Shown piece by piece: positions 1 to 7,612 of a DNA stretch of 63,434 bases; within the stretch, counting starts at the first letter, position 1, and every line of letters begins with the position of its first letter. A program made the translations under genes and the position numbers. The stretch lies in the NCBI GenBank assembly GCA_030646915.1, contig JAUSKT010000001.1:1-63434 (forward strand), read 5' to 3'. Origin of the DNA: a bacterium. GTDB lineage: Bacteria; Patescibacteriota; Minisyncoccia; UBA6257; 02-FULL-45-10c. The notes under the pieces were generated by a model. The model did not search any database and had not been told where the DNA came from. It saw nothing but the letters and a program-made list of their open reading frames with translations.

Positions 1-1116
1 AATCGAATTTGCTTCATTACTCTGAACGCCTTCTCCTATACCATTTACGGCAGAAACTTTGTAATAATAAGTTGTCCCGCCGCTTACCGAGGTATCACTA
101 TAAGTTAAAACATTTCCAACTGTAGTTAATAAAGTCTCTCCGCCGGAAGTTGTTCCTCGATATATTTTATAATTTGTAATTGCGGATCCGCCGTCAGAAG
201 ATGGCGCTTGCCAGTTCAGAATAATTTGTCCGGTTCCGCCAGTAGCAGTCAAATCCCGAGGCGCATTTGGCGAAGCATTCACAGTTAAAGTATAAATTGC
301 AGTTCTAGTTGTAATGCCGTCAGTGCTTGCAATTGTTATTGCGCTGCTCCCGGGCGGAGTAGAGATTAAAGTATTAATAGTCATTACGGCGGTGCAGCTT
401 GGATTGCAGCTCACCGGGCTAAAAGAGGCAGTAACGCCAGCTGGCAGGCCGGAAGCGGAAAAATCTGTCAATTGGGAAGCGCCAGTTAATAAAGAAACAT
501 CCACGCCGGCAGCAGTAGAATTGCCGCTGGAAACAGTTCCGGAATTTGGGCTTACATTTAAAGAGAAATTAAAAGACGGAGCAGTGGAAAGAAATTCAAT
601 AGCGCTATTACCGGTGGAAATATTAATTGCCCTGGTAACTGATGTGTCATTAACTAGGGCAAGGACTATAACGTGAGACACATTAACCTTGCCAGTGGCT
701 TTCATAAAAATAATGTCATCTGACGCTCCTTGGGCCGGAGTAAGAAATTGAATTGCCGGCGGCAAAACTATTTTTTGGACAATCGTACCGCCGGCATAGC
801 TCGCTCCATAAAAAATTTCATAATAATCAATATCGCTGGCATCCGCCTTAAGATGAACCCCCCACTGGGAACTCTGGTCCTGAGAGACTGCTCTTTGCCG
901 AGCATCCCGCAAATGAGCGAGAAGTTCTTGCGCGGTTAATTCAAGGGTGTTGCGGGCCATAAATCCTGAAATGGATAAATAACTAACTGACCCGATAGTC
1001 GCGGTAATGCCCATAATGACCATTAATTCCAACAAGGTAAAACCAGCGTTAGCTTTTAGCTTGTAGCTTTTTAGCTTTTTAGGGTCAATATTTAATTTTT
1101 CATCTGACGTATTCAT
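1..1116 (-). CDS. Prepilin-type N-terminal cleavage protein with fibronectin type III domain (runs off left edge; not in ORF track)
   Basis: ATG at 1116 gives MNTSDEKLNIDPKKLKSYKLKANAG|FTLLELMVIMGI (class III signal G|FTLxE). Downstream PNAPRDLTATGGTGQIILNWQAPSSDGGSAITNYKIYRG...YYYKVSAVNGIGEG is an FN3 pattern. Confidence 0.85.
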   Translation of the reverse strand, partial: MNTSDEKLNIDPKKLKSYKLKANAGFTLLELMVIMGITATIGSVSYLSISGFMARNTLELTAQELLAHLRDARQRAVSQDQSSQWGVHLKADASDIDYYEIFYGASYAGGTIVQKIVLPPAIQFLTPAQGASDDIIFMKATGKVNVSHVIVLALVNDTSVTRAINISTGNSAIEFLSTAPSFNFSLNVSPNSGTVSSGNSTAAGVDVSLLTGASQLTDFSASGLPAGVTASFSPVSCNPSCTAVMTINTLISTPPGSSAITIASTDGITTRTAIYTLTVNASPNAPRDLTATGGTGQIILNWQAPSSDGGSAITNYKIYRGTTSGGETLLTTVGNVLTYSDTSVSGGTTYYYKVSAVNGIGEGVQSNEANSI

Positions 1117-1198
1117 TGTTATTCGTGCTAATAAGCTAACACCTAAGAAGCTAGAACAATTTTCCTAAGAAGCTAATCCCTAAAAAGCTAAGAAGCTT
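1050..1198. repeat. TAGCTT-based 7/8-mer repeat arms; near-copy of 4581-4717
   Basis: tagctttttagggtcaatatttaatttttc...gtattcattgttattc.tgctaataagctaa...agctaatccctaaaaagcta is shared with the four-helix-bundle gene start and upstream region. Confidence 0.9.
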
Positions 1199-1200
1199 AA

Positions 1201-2409
1201 TTAAATTCCCCCAACCAGCTGATAAATCGGCACAATGACGGACAAAGCAATTGTTCCGATTAAAACACCAATAAACAATAAAAGCGCCGGTTCAATAAAA
1301 GCTACCAAAGTTTTCACCGCGGTATCTACCTCCGATTCATAAAAAATTGAAAGAGTTTTTAAAATATCTTCAATGTGGCCTGCCTTCTCCGAAACTGCGA
1401 TTAAATTAGTAACAACTAATGGAAAAGCTGGCTCTCTCCGGAAAGCATCTCCGATAGTCAGTCCTTTAGAAATTCCCTCTCTGGAAATATTCCTCAAGCT
1501 TTTGGCTAATACATCAGAACCGACAGCATCCGCGGTAATTTCTAAAGAATGAGTAATTGGCAAACCAGCTCTCATTAAGGAAGAAAAAGTTGAAGTGAAG
1601 CGCTGAAGCGCCAATTGCGCCAGAACATTTTTTACAACCGGAAGATGGGTTCCTAAAAGCGCCACTAATTTCCTCCCCGAATAAGATTTCGTCAAGAAAT
1701 ACCACCCGCCAATAACTAAAAAGGCTATAAGAGGAAAAACAATCAGGACATTAGCATTCAAAAAAAGCCCTACCGAAAAAACAATTCTTGAGAAAATCGG
1801 GGGCTTGATCCCGGTTGATAAAAATACATTGGCAATTTTCGGCAAAGCAAAAGTTACCAAGAGTAAAAGCATTAGGAAGGACATAACCAGCAATATTATC
1901 GGATAAATCAAAGCAGCCTGGACTTTATTTTTTAAAGCTTGTTCTTTATCCAAAGAAACGCTTAAATTATCTAAAACCTCGGTAAGATTTCCGGAAGCCT
2001 CGCCGGCCTTGATTAAATTGATAAAAATCTGGGAAAAATATTTAGGATATTTTTCAAAAGTAATATAAAAAGGATTGCCTTTCTCTAAATTAGTTTTTAT
2101 TTCAATTAATAGCGCCTTTAAAACCGGTTTATCAAAATCATTAACTAAAATATCAATAGCTTTAAAAAGATCCGTGCCGGCTTTTAACATCAAAGAAAGG
2201 TATCTGGTTAAAAATACCTTATCAGAAATACTGATAGATTGGCCAAAAAATTTTATTCCACCAATATCCGCGGAACGGTTCAATTTAATAGAAACTGGGC
2301 GCAATCCCTTGCCGGCTAAAAATTGCAAAACCTCAGAAGAATCTTGCGCATCTACATCTCCTTCCAAAATTTTTCCGTTAAGTTGTGATGCAATGTAATG
2401 AAATTTCAT
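1201..2409 (-). CDS. pilC: Type IV pilus / T2SS platform protein (PilC/GspF family)
   Basis: 402 aa with two GspF repeats (AGEASGNL...ALIYP; SEKAGHI...FIEPALL...IVPIYQL); next to pilB. Confidence 0.92.
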   Translation of the reverse strand: MKFHYIASQLNGKILEGDVDAQDSSEVLQFLAGKGLRPVSIKLNRSADIGGIKFFGQSISISDKVFLTRYLSLMLKAGTDLFKAIDILVNDFDKPVLKALLIEIKTNLEKGNPFYITFEKYPKYFSQIFINLIKAGEASGNLTEVLDNLSVSLDKEQALKNKVQAALIYPIILLVMSFLMLLLLVTFALPKIANVFLSTGIKPPIFSRIVFSVGLFLNANVLIVFPLIAFLVIGGWYFLTKSYSGRKLVALLGTHLPVVKNVLAQLALQRFTSTFSSLMRAGLPITHSLEITADAVGSDVLAKSLRNISREGISKGLTIGDAFRREPAFPLVVTNLIAVSEKAGHIEDILKTLSIFYESEVDTAVKTLVAFIEPALLLFIGVLIGTIALSVIVPIYQLVGGI

Positions 2410-2410
2410 T

Positions 2411-2495
2411 TTAGCTTGTTAGCTTGTTAGCTTGTTAGCTTGTTAGTTTAGGAACTAAATTTCCTAAAAACTAAGAAGCTACAACCTAAAAAGCT
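2411..2495. repeat. Octamer repeat hairpin: (TTAGCTTG)x4 facing CTAAGAAG/AAGCTA-type units, filling the pilB-pilC gap
   Basis: Tandem TTAGCTTG units followed by complementary units. 2476-2495 is the exact reverse complement of 4209-4228. Confidence 0.9.
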
Positions 2496-4202
2496 TTACT
2501 CTCGTATAACTCTTAATACTTCTTCAATAGTAGTCATTCCCCGCTCCGCTTTTCTAAGCCCGTCTTCGAACATAGTAATTAATCCTTTTTTTCGAGTTAA
2601 CTCACGCAAACCGTCTAAAGAAAAATCCGGCTTTATGATGTAGCTCCTAATCTCATCATCAAAACTCAAAGTTTCAAAAATGCCGATTCTTCCTTTTAAT
2701 CCGCCATGGCCGCAAGAACCGCAACCCTTGCCCCTGTAAAATAATTTTGGCGCTTTATACTTAGAAGCTAAGCCTAAATCTTCAATCTGCTTTTTTATTA
2801 ATTCTAACAGAGAATCAGTGGGCTTATAAGATTCAATGCAGTCGGCGCAAATTTTTCCAACCAGCCTCTGAGCTAAGACTAAATTCAAAACCGCCGCTGC
2901 CAAAAACGGCTGGACTTTCATATCAAATAATCTTGGTACGGCCGTAGGCGCGTCATTAGTGTGGACTGTTGATAAAAGTAAATGCCCGGTCAATGCCGCA
3001 TTGACGGAAATTTCCGCAGTTTCTTCATCTCTGATTTCTCCGACTAAAATAATATTCGGATCTTGCCGCAATAAAGACCGGAGAGCGCTTGCAAAAGTAA
3101 TTCCAGCCGCCGGATTAATCTGGGTCTGATTCACGTATTTAATATTGTATTCAATAGGATCTTCAACTGTGACAACATTCACTTCTGTCTTATTTAAAAC
3201 ATTTAAAACCGAGTAAAGAGTAGTGCTTTTACCGGAGCCGGTCGGTCCGGAAACTAAAATCATACCGAAAGTCTTCTTAATATTATCCATTAAAATCTTC
3301 ACCGTATCCTCGAGCATTCCCAGTTCTTCAAAAGATAATGGCCTTTGAGTTGCGGATAATAAACGCATTTCGGTTTTTTCTCCGTAAAAAGTCGGAATGA
3401 TGGATACGCGGATATCAATATAATCTTTTCCTAAATTTTGCCTGAACCGGCCGTCTTGCGGACGGGAATGTTCATCTAATTTCATGCCAGCCAATAATTT
3501 AATCCTTGCGGTAATCGCTGAATGCACCTCCTTCGGCAATCGCATAATTTCTTTCAAAACTCCATCAATTCGATATCGCACTAATAATGATTCCTCTAAA
3601 ATCTCCAAATGAATATCCGAAGACCTGGAGGCCAGCGCATAAGCAATTAAATTATCAACAATTGCGACAATCGGCAGATCTTCCGCTGATTCTTTCGTGC
3701 CGGAAGCTTTAGAGTTAATAGAAGCATTGACACCTTCTTCAATAATTTTCCTGAAATCTTCCGCGCCTCCTTTGGAATAAAGAGACAAGCCGATATTCAA
3801 ATCTTCTGGAGATGCAAGATATGGCTTAATTTCTGTCTTAAGATAGCGCTTTATAAATTCTACAGTTTCCAAATTGCTCGGATCCTCCATCGCCACTCCC
3901 AGCATGCCATCTGCTTCTTGTTGGAAAACCACCACCCGCTTATTCCGCGATATTTCTTCCGGTAAAAGATGCAATACTTTTTCATCAATGGAGCGGAAAG
4001 ATAAAGCGGCTTTAGCCACGCCGAAATAAGAAGCCAAGAGATCGCTGAAATAATCTTTAGTAATAACCCCCCTAGAAATTAATATATCAGGCGCATTTTG
4101 TCCCATTCTGCCGGCTTCGGAAACTATCTTATCAAAATCTTCGGCGCTGATAAGCCCTTCATTAACTATCAGATCTTTTAATTTTTCATTAGGAATTTGC
4201 AT
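2496..4202 (-). CDS. pilB: Type IV pilus assembly ATPase (PilB/GspE family)
   Basis: Walker A GPTGSGKSTT, TVEDPIEY, LRQDPNIILVGEIRD, TGHLLLSTVHTN, CxxC...CxxC. Confidence 0.95.
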   Translation of the reverse strand: MQIPNEKLKDLIVNEGLISAEDFDKIVSEAGRMGQNAPDILISRGVITKDYFSDLLASYFGVAKAALSFRSIDEKVLHLLPEEISRNKRVVVFQQEADGMLGVAMEDPSNLETVEFIKRYLKTEIKPYLASPEDLNIGLSLYSKGGAEDFRKIIEEGVNASINSKASGTKESAEDLPIVAIVDNLIAYALASRSSDIHLEILEESLLVRYRIDGVLKEIMRLPKEVHSAITARIKLLAGMKLDEHSRPQDGRFRQNLGKDYIDIRVSIIPTFYGEKTEMRLLSATQRPLSFEELGMLEDTVKILMDNIKKTFGMILVSGPTGSGKSTTLYSVLNVLNKTEVNVVTVEDPIEYNIKYVNQTQINPAAGITFASALRSLLRQDPNIILVGEIRDEETAEISVNAALTGHLLLSTVHTNDAPTAVPRLFDMKVQPFLAAAVLNLVLAQRLVGKICADCIESYKPTDSLLELIKKQIEDLGLASKYKAPKLFYRGKGCGSCGHGGLKGRIGIFETLSFDDEIRSYIIKPDFSLDGLRELTRKKGLITMFEDGLRKAERGMTTIEEVLRVIRE

Positions 4203-4229
4203 GAAATTAGCTTTTTAGGTTGTAGCTTA

Positions 4230-4646
4230 TTAGCTTTTTAGGGTTGCAAGCATCTTATTCAACATTTTCATTACTTCAAGTAATAATCTATCTACATCAG
4301 TATAATTCAAGTTTTTACTAAAAGATAATCTTTTAGATATTTCAATTTGAGTTTCTAATTCTGCGCCAGAACCGTAAGCAATAACCAAAAAATGTCTAAA
4401 ATCCTTTCTAGTGCCACGCTTTCTGCCCTCCGCAATATTAGAAGAAATCGAAACAGCTGATCTTCTCATTTGAGAAATAAGACCATATAACTCTGATTTA
4501 GGATATTGTTCAGTCAATTCATAAACTGCTACTACTAACTCAATAGATCTTTGCCATACAATTAAATCTTTATAACTAACTAGCTTGTAGCCAGTAGCTG
4601 GTAGCTTTTTAGGGTCAATATTTAATTTTTCTTCTGTCGTATTCAT
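4230..4646 (-). CDS. Four-helix-bundle protein (23S rRNA IVS protein / S23 / Avd-like family)
   Basis: YKDLIVWQRS...YPKSELYGLISQMRRSAVSISSNIAEG...FLVIAYGSGAELETQ family signature. Confidence 0.93.
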   Translation of the reverse strand: MNTTEEKLNIDPKKLPATGYKLVSYKDLIVWQRSIELVVAVYELTEQYPKSELYGLISQMRRSAVSISSNIAEGRKRGTRKDFRHFLVIAYGSGAELETQIEISKRLSFSKNLNYTDVDRLLLEVMKMLNKMLATLKS

Positions 4647-4713
4647 TGTTATTCATGCTAATAAGCTAATGCCTAAAACCTAATTCCTTCCTAACAAGCT
4701 AATCCCTAAAAAG

Positions 4714-5301
4714 CTAGAACTTCAATATCTGCCACCACGGAAGCATCTCTAGCCATCTACTTATAAGTATAGTAGAAATCGCTACCGGCAACCAAAGATA
4801 ATATAAAGACAATCGTTTTTTAGGCTCAAAATAAATAGAGTGGATTGCAGATAATAAAACACTGGTCAACAGCAATAAAATCAAATAAAAAAGCCAATTC
4901 GGATGCCCGACTAAAAAAAGTGCAGTTGCGAAAATATAGGTTTCCGATTCTTCAAAAAATCTTTCTTCATATTTTTTATTGAAACTCTTGGCACTCCAAA
5001 AAAACAGCAAGCTGAAAAATAAAGATAAAATATATGGATTAAAAAATCTGGTTCGCGCATAAAAAATTATATAATCAAAATTCTGATAAGGAGGCAAAAG
5101 CAATTTTCCTATATCGTCATTTTTCCAAAGCTGGTATTGATCCCAGGATAAATAAAAAGCATAGGAAAAAATAAAAATAACCGATATCCAGAATACTAAC
5201 TTACCAAAAAACCCGCTTCGAAAAATTTCAAAACGGGTTTTTGTGCCCAGTAGTTGCAAGCCAAAAATAATACAAAGAATTATTAAGGCGATATTAACCA
5301 T
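4714..5301 (-). CDS. Multi-pass membrane protein in the pilus locus, possibly degenerate A24 peptidase-like
   Basis: Several hydrophobic helices; adjacent to the pilin. The A24 resemblance is weak. Confidence 0.6.
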   Translation of the reverse strand: MVNIALIILCIIFGLQLLGTKTRFEIFRSGFFGKLVFWISVIFIFSYAFYLSWDQYQLWKNDDIGKLLLPPYQNFDYIIFYARTRFFNPYILSLFFSLLFFWSAKSFNKKYEERFFEESETYIFATALFLVGHPNWLFYLILLLLTSVLLSAIHSIYFEPKKRLSLYYLWLPVAISTILISRWLEMLPWWQILKF

Positions 5302-5310
5302 TCTTAAAGA

Positions 5311-5889
5311 CTAAAGATCTAAGCCATTGTCAGTTCCAACTTCGTACATAGCTGGCTTATTGCCACCATCGGTTGCTTCTTTATTATCAGCACCAGTAGT
5401 ATATCGGTCACTTTCCAATTTGGCATCTAATTCAAAAGTCTTGCTAGTAGTATTGTCATTGGCATAAGAATAGAAATAGGTGCCATTATTAGTTGGATCA
5501 ACTGGCAATACTGATAAAGCTGGGCCGCCTGGAACTGAAGCGAAATTAACTGGAACCCAACCGTTTGAATCAACTGCTCTTGAAGTTACTAAAGTAGAAC
5601 CCCCACTATGACGGCCACCGCAATTAGCAGCCAAAGCATCTAAATCTGTATCGCCATCATTATAAACATAACAGTTTGCTGTAACTCCCATGGTTGGACT
5701 TGAGGCCGTAGAAACGTAAAGCCCTAAAGCATTACGCAATACTCCTATATCTTGAATTCTGGTTGTGTCTCGAGCTTGAGCGAAAAGCTGAGCTGGGTTT
5801 AATACTAAAACCGATACGGCGCCCAAAACCGCCAAAATACCGATAACGATTACTAATTCTAATAAGGTAAAACCTTTTTGTTTTGACAT
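5311..5889 (-). CDS. Type IV pilin (likely major pilin)
   Basis: MSKQKG|FTLLELVIVIGILAVL, ARDTTRIQDI, LPVDPTN and a Cys pair; has its own TGCTATACT promoter-like site. Confidence 0.9.
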   Translation of the reverse strand: MSKQKGFTLLELVIVIGILAVLGAVSVLVLNPAQLFAQARDTTRIQDIGVLRNALGLYVSTASSPTMGVTANCYVYNDGDTDLDALAANCGGRHSGGSTLVTSRAVDSNGWVPVNFASVPGGPALSVLPVDPTNNGTYFYSYANDNTTSKTFELDAKLESDRYTTGADNKEATDGGNKPAMYEVGTDNGLDL

Positions 5890-5987
5890 ATTTTTTTATT
5901 AAACTAAATTTCGACGTCTTTATTAATTAATAATTAGTATAGCATAAGCTTAATAATAGAAAACTTGATAGCTGTTAATAAGTTGCA

Positions 5988-6066
5988 TTAGCTTCTTAGC
6001 TTCTTAGCTTCTTAGGTTCTTAGGTTCTTAGGTTTTACAATTTATTTTTCTAACAAGCTAAACTAA
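5988..6066. repeat. Octamer tandem repeat (TTAGCTTC)x3 plus (TTAGGTTC)x~3 with short complementary arm
   Basis: ttagcttcttagcttcttagcttcttaggttcttaggttcttaggtt ... ctaacaagctaaacta. Confidence 0.9.
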
Positions 6067-6423
6067 AAAACTTTTGATTTTAGTGACTAAATCGTCAATA
6101 GAAATTTTGGCTTTGATTACATAATCCACTGCGCCAAGTTCTTTGCCTTTTGCCACATCTGATTCCTGCCCTAAATTGGAAATAATCAAGACGGGAATTT
6201 TGGAAATTTGCGGGTCGGATTTCATATCGCCCAATAATTCAAATCCGGATTTATCCGGCAAAATAATATCCAGCAAAACCAAATCCGGCCGGTTATCAGA
6301 CATCGCTTTTATAACCTCGCTGCCTTTTTTTACAGAAATAACTTCCAAACCCTCCTTCTTCAAACGGTTTCCTAAAAGCGAAGAAAGAAATGGATCGTCT
6401 TCAATTAATAAAATCTTTTTCAT
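6058..6423 (-). CDS. Single-domain response regulator (receiver)
   Basis: ILLIEDD, LVLLDIILP (phospho-Asp), IISN, DYVIK. Confidence 0.92.
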   Translation of the reverse strand: MKKILLIEDDPFLSSLLGNRLKKEGLEVISVKKGSEVIKAMSDNRPDLVLLDIILPDKSGFELLGDMKSDPQISKIPVLIISNLGQESDVAKGKELGAVDYVIKAKISIDDLVTKIKSFLV

Positions 6424-6562
6424 AGTGCGATACCAATATACGAATACATGCTAATGATACGAATACTACTAATTATAATATTAAAATGATTTAATATCAA
6501 AATAATACAAGCTAAAAAACCTTCCAGTTCTAACAAAACTATTTACTCAAATTTTTGAGCTA

Positions 6563-6591
6563 TTGACAAGATTTATATAGTGTGCTATAAT
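6563..6591 (+). promoter_or_regulatory. Consensus sigma70 promoter preceded by palindrome CTCAAA-TT-TTTGAG (6546-6559)
   Basis: TTGACA-17 bp-TATAAT with TGn extended -10. Confidence 0.85.
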
Positions 6592-6599
6592 ACTTATTA

Positions 6600-6710
6600 T
6601 GAGAGTGGTTGGCGATGATAGCTCTGCCTAGCTATAAGCTGGGTTCGACTATAAGCTGGGTTTTTCCCCTAATCGCGGCAATCCCGCGAAACACCCAGCG
6701 GCCATTCTCA
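6600..6710 (+). ncRNA. Candidate structured ncRNA of unknown family
   Basis: Starts just after the promoter. TGAGAGTGGTTG pairs with CGGCCATTCTCA; internal stems ATAGCT/AGCTAT, GCTGGGT/ACCCAGC, TCGCGG/CCGCGA; terminator follows; GC-rich against AT-rich flanks. Confidence 0.6.
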
Positions 6711-6724
6711 CGTTCTTTCCTTAA

Positions 6725-6754
6725 AGCCACTGCTAACGCGGTGGCTCTTTTTTT
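6725..6754 (+). terminator. Intrinsic terminator
   Basis: AGCCACTGC-TAAC-GCGGTGGCT followed by a T run. Confidence 0.8.
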
Positions 6755-6851
6755 ATTTAAAAATCCAAAGTATGCTCAAATTTTGAGCTATTGCCACTGA
6801 AGAAAATTAAGATTACTATTCATAATAGCTTATTACCAGTGAGAAAATAGA

Positions 6852-7106
6852 ATGAAAATACAGCCTGATGTTATTTCGGTGCAGATGCGACTGAAACAAA
6901 ATACTATTAAAAAAGTAGAAAAAATATCTAAAATATTTTCTAGTGAAAATCGGGCAGATGCAGTGAGAACTTCTATAGATATAGCCGACTTAGTTACAAA
7001 AACAATTGCTAGCGGATCTCGGGTTATGATTTATCCTCCTTGGTGGAAATTTTGGAAAAGTCCACAAAGACTCATTATACCTTCTCTAAACCAACCGCAA
7101 CTTTAA
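6852..7106 (+). CDS. Small ribbon-helix-helix-like protein
   Basis: ISVQMRL (alternating beta strand), helix, ENRADAVRTSI; preceded by palindrome GCTCAAATTTTGAGC (6774-6788) and TTGCCA-17-TACTAT. Confidence 0.6.
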   Translation: MKIQPDVISVQMRLKQNTIKKVEKISKIFSSENRADAVRTSIDIADLVTKTIASGSRVMIYPPWWKFWKSPQRLIIPSLNQPQL

Positions 7107-7124
7107 CAAGTGGCGGTTTTTTTT
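7093..7124 (+). terminator. Intrinsic terminator
   Basis: AACCGC-A-ACTT...AAGT-G-GCGGTT followed by a T run. Confidence 0.7.
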
Positions 7125-7612
7125 ATTTAAAAATCCAAAAATTAAACACCCCATCAATCCAACCAACAAGAAAGTTTTACTTGTTTATCGTGCAGTAACT
7201 ACGGAGGCGCTAAAAGCTTGGTATTTTACTTAACCAAAAAAATTACTTTTTGGTTAAGTAAAATTTTTAGCGCTGAGGGGTAGGAGCCGCTTACCGCAGG
7301 AGCAAGCGGACTCCGGTACTGTCAGATAAATAAGTAAAACTTTAAAAGAAAACTTTCTAGTTATCCCAACCTTATGCGGCTGCTTATTCAGCAACGAGCA
7401 AATCGAGACTTAAAGCTCCTCGATCAAAACTTTTCTATATGCTTTCGCATATTATCGTTCTTAATCAAATATAAATATTTGATTTTTGTTTAATTGATCC
7501 ACGCACAGCTTCCGCTACGCGTGCCTTGTTACGACTTCTTCCATGTCACCGATCTTACCCTAAGCCCAGCGAACTGGGATTTCAGGTATTACCGGCTCCC
7601 CTGAAGTGACGG

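Noticed and set aside
314..939. Plus-strand ORFs here and the many antisense ORFs over long genes (e.g. 17576-18586, 20054-20626, 28580-29119, 45067-45570)
   Set aside because: They are shadows of well-supported genes on the opposite strand and have no motifs of their own.
2476..4228. Invertible pilB segment bounded by 20-bp inverted repeats
   Set aside because: Explained more simply as arms of two neighbouring repeat hairpins; no recombinase nearby. Not excluded without reads.
4230..4646. Diversity-generating retroelement suggested by the Avd-like fold
   Set aside because: No reverse transcriptase and no TR/VR pair seen; the 10.5/26.7 kb paralogs differ mainly at synonymous sites, not specifically at adenines.
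6600..6710. 5S rRNA, tRNA, SRP RNA, fluoride riboswitch or retron RNA
   Set aside because: Only fragments resemble these (CGAACCCAG, GGTTCGA, GGCGATG, terminal inverted repeat). There is no full cloverleaf, SRP loop, 5S helix pattern or nearby RT. The 6609-6800 ORF crosses the terminator and is likely spurious.
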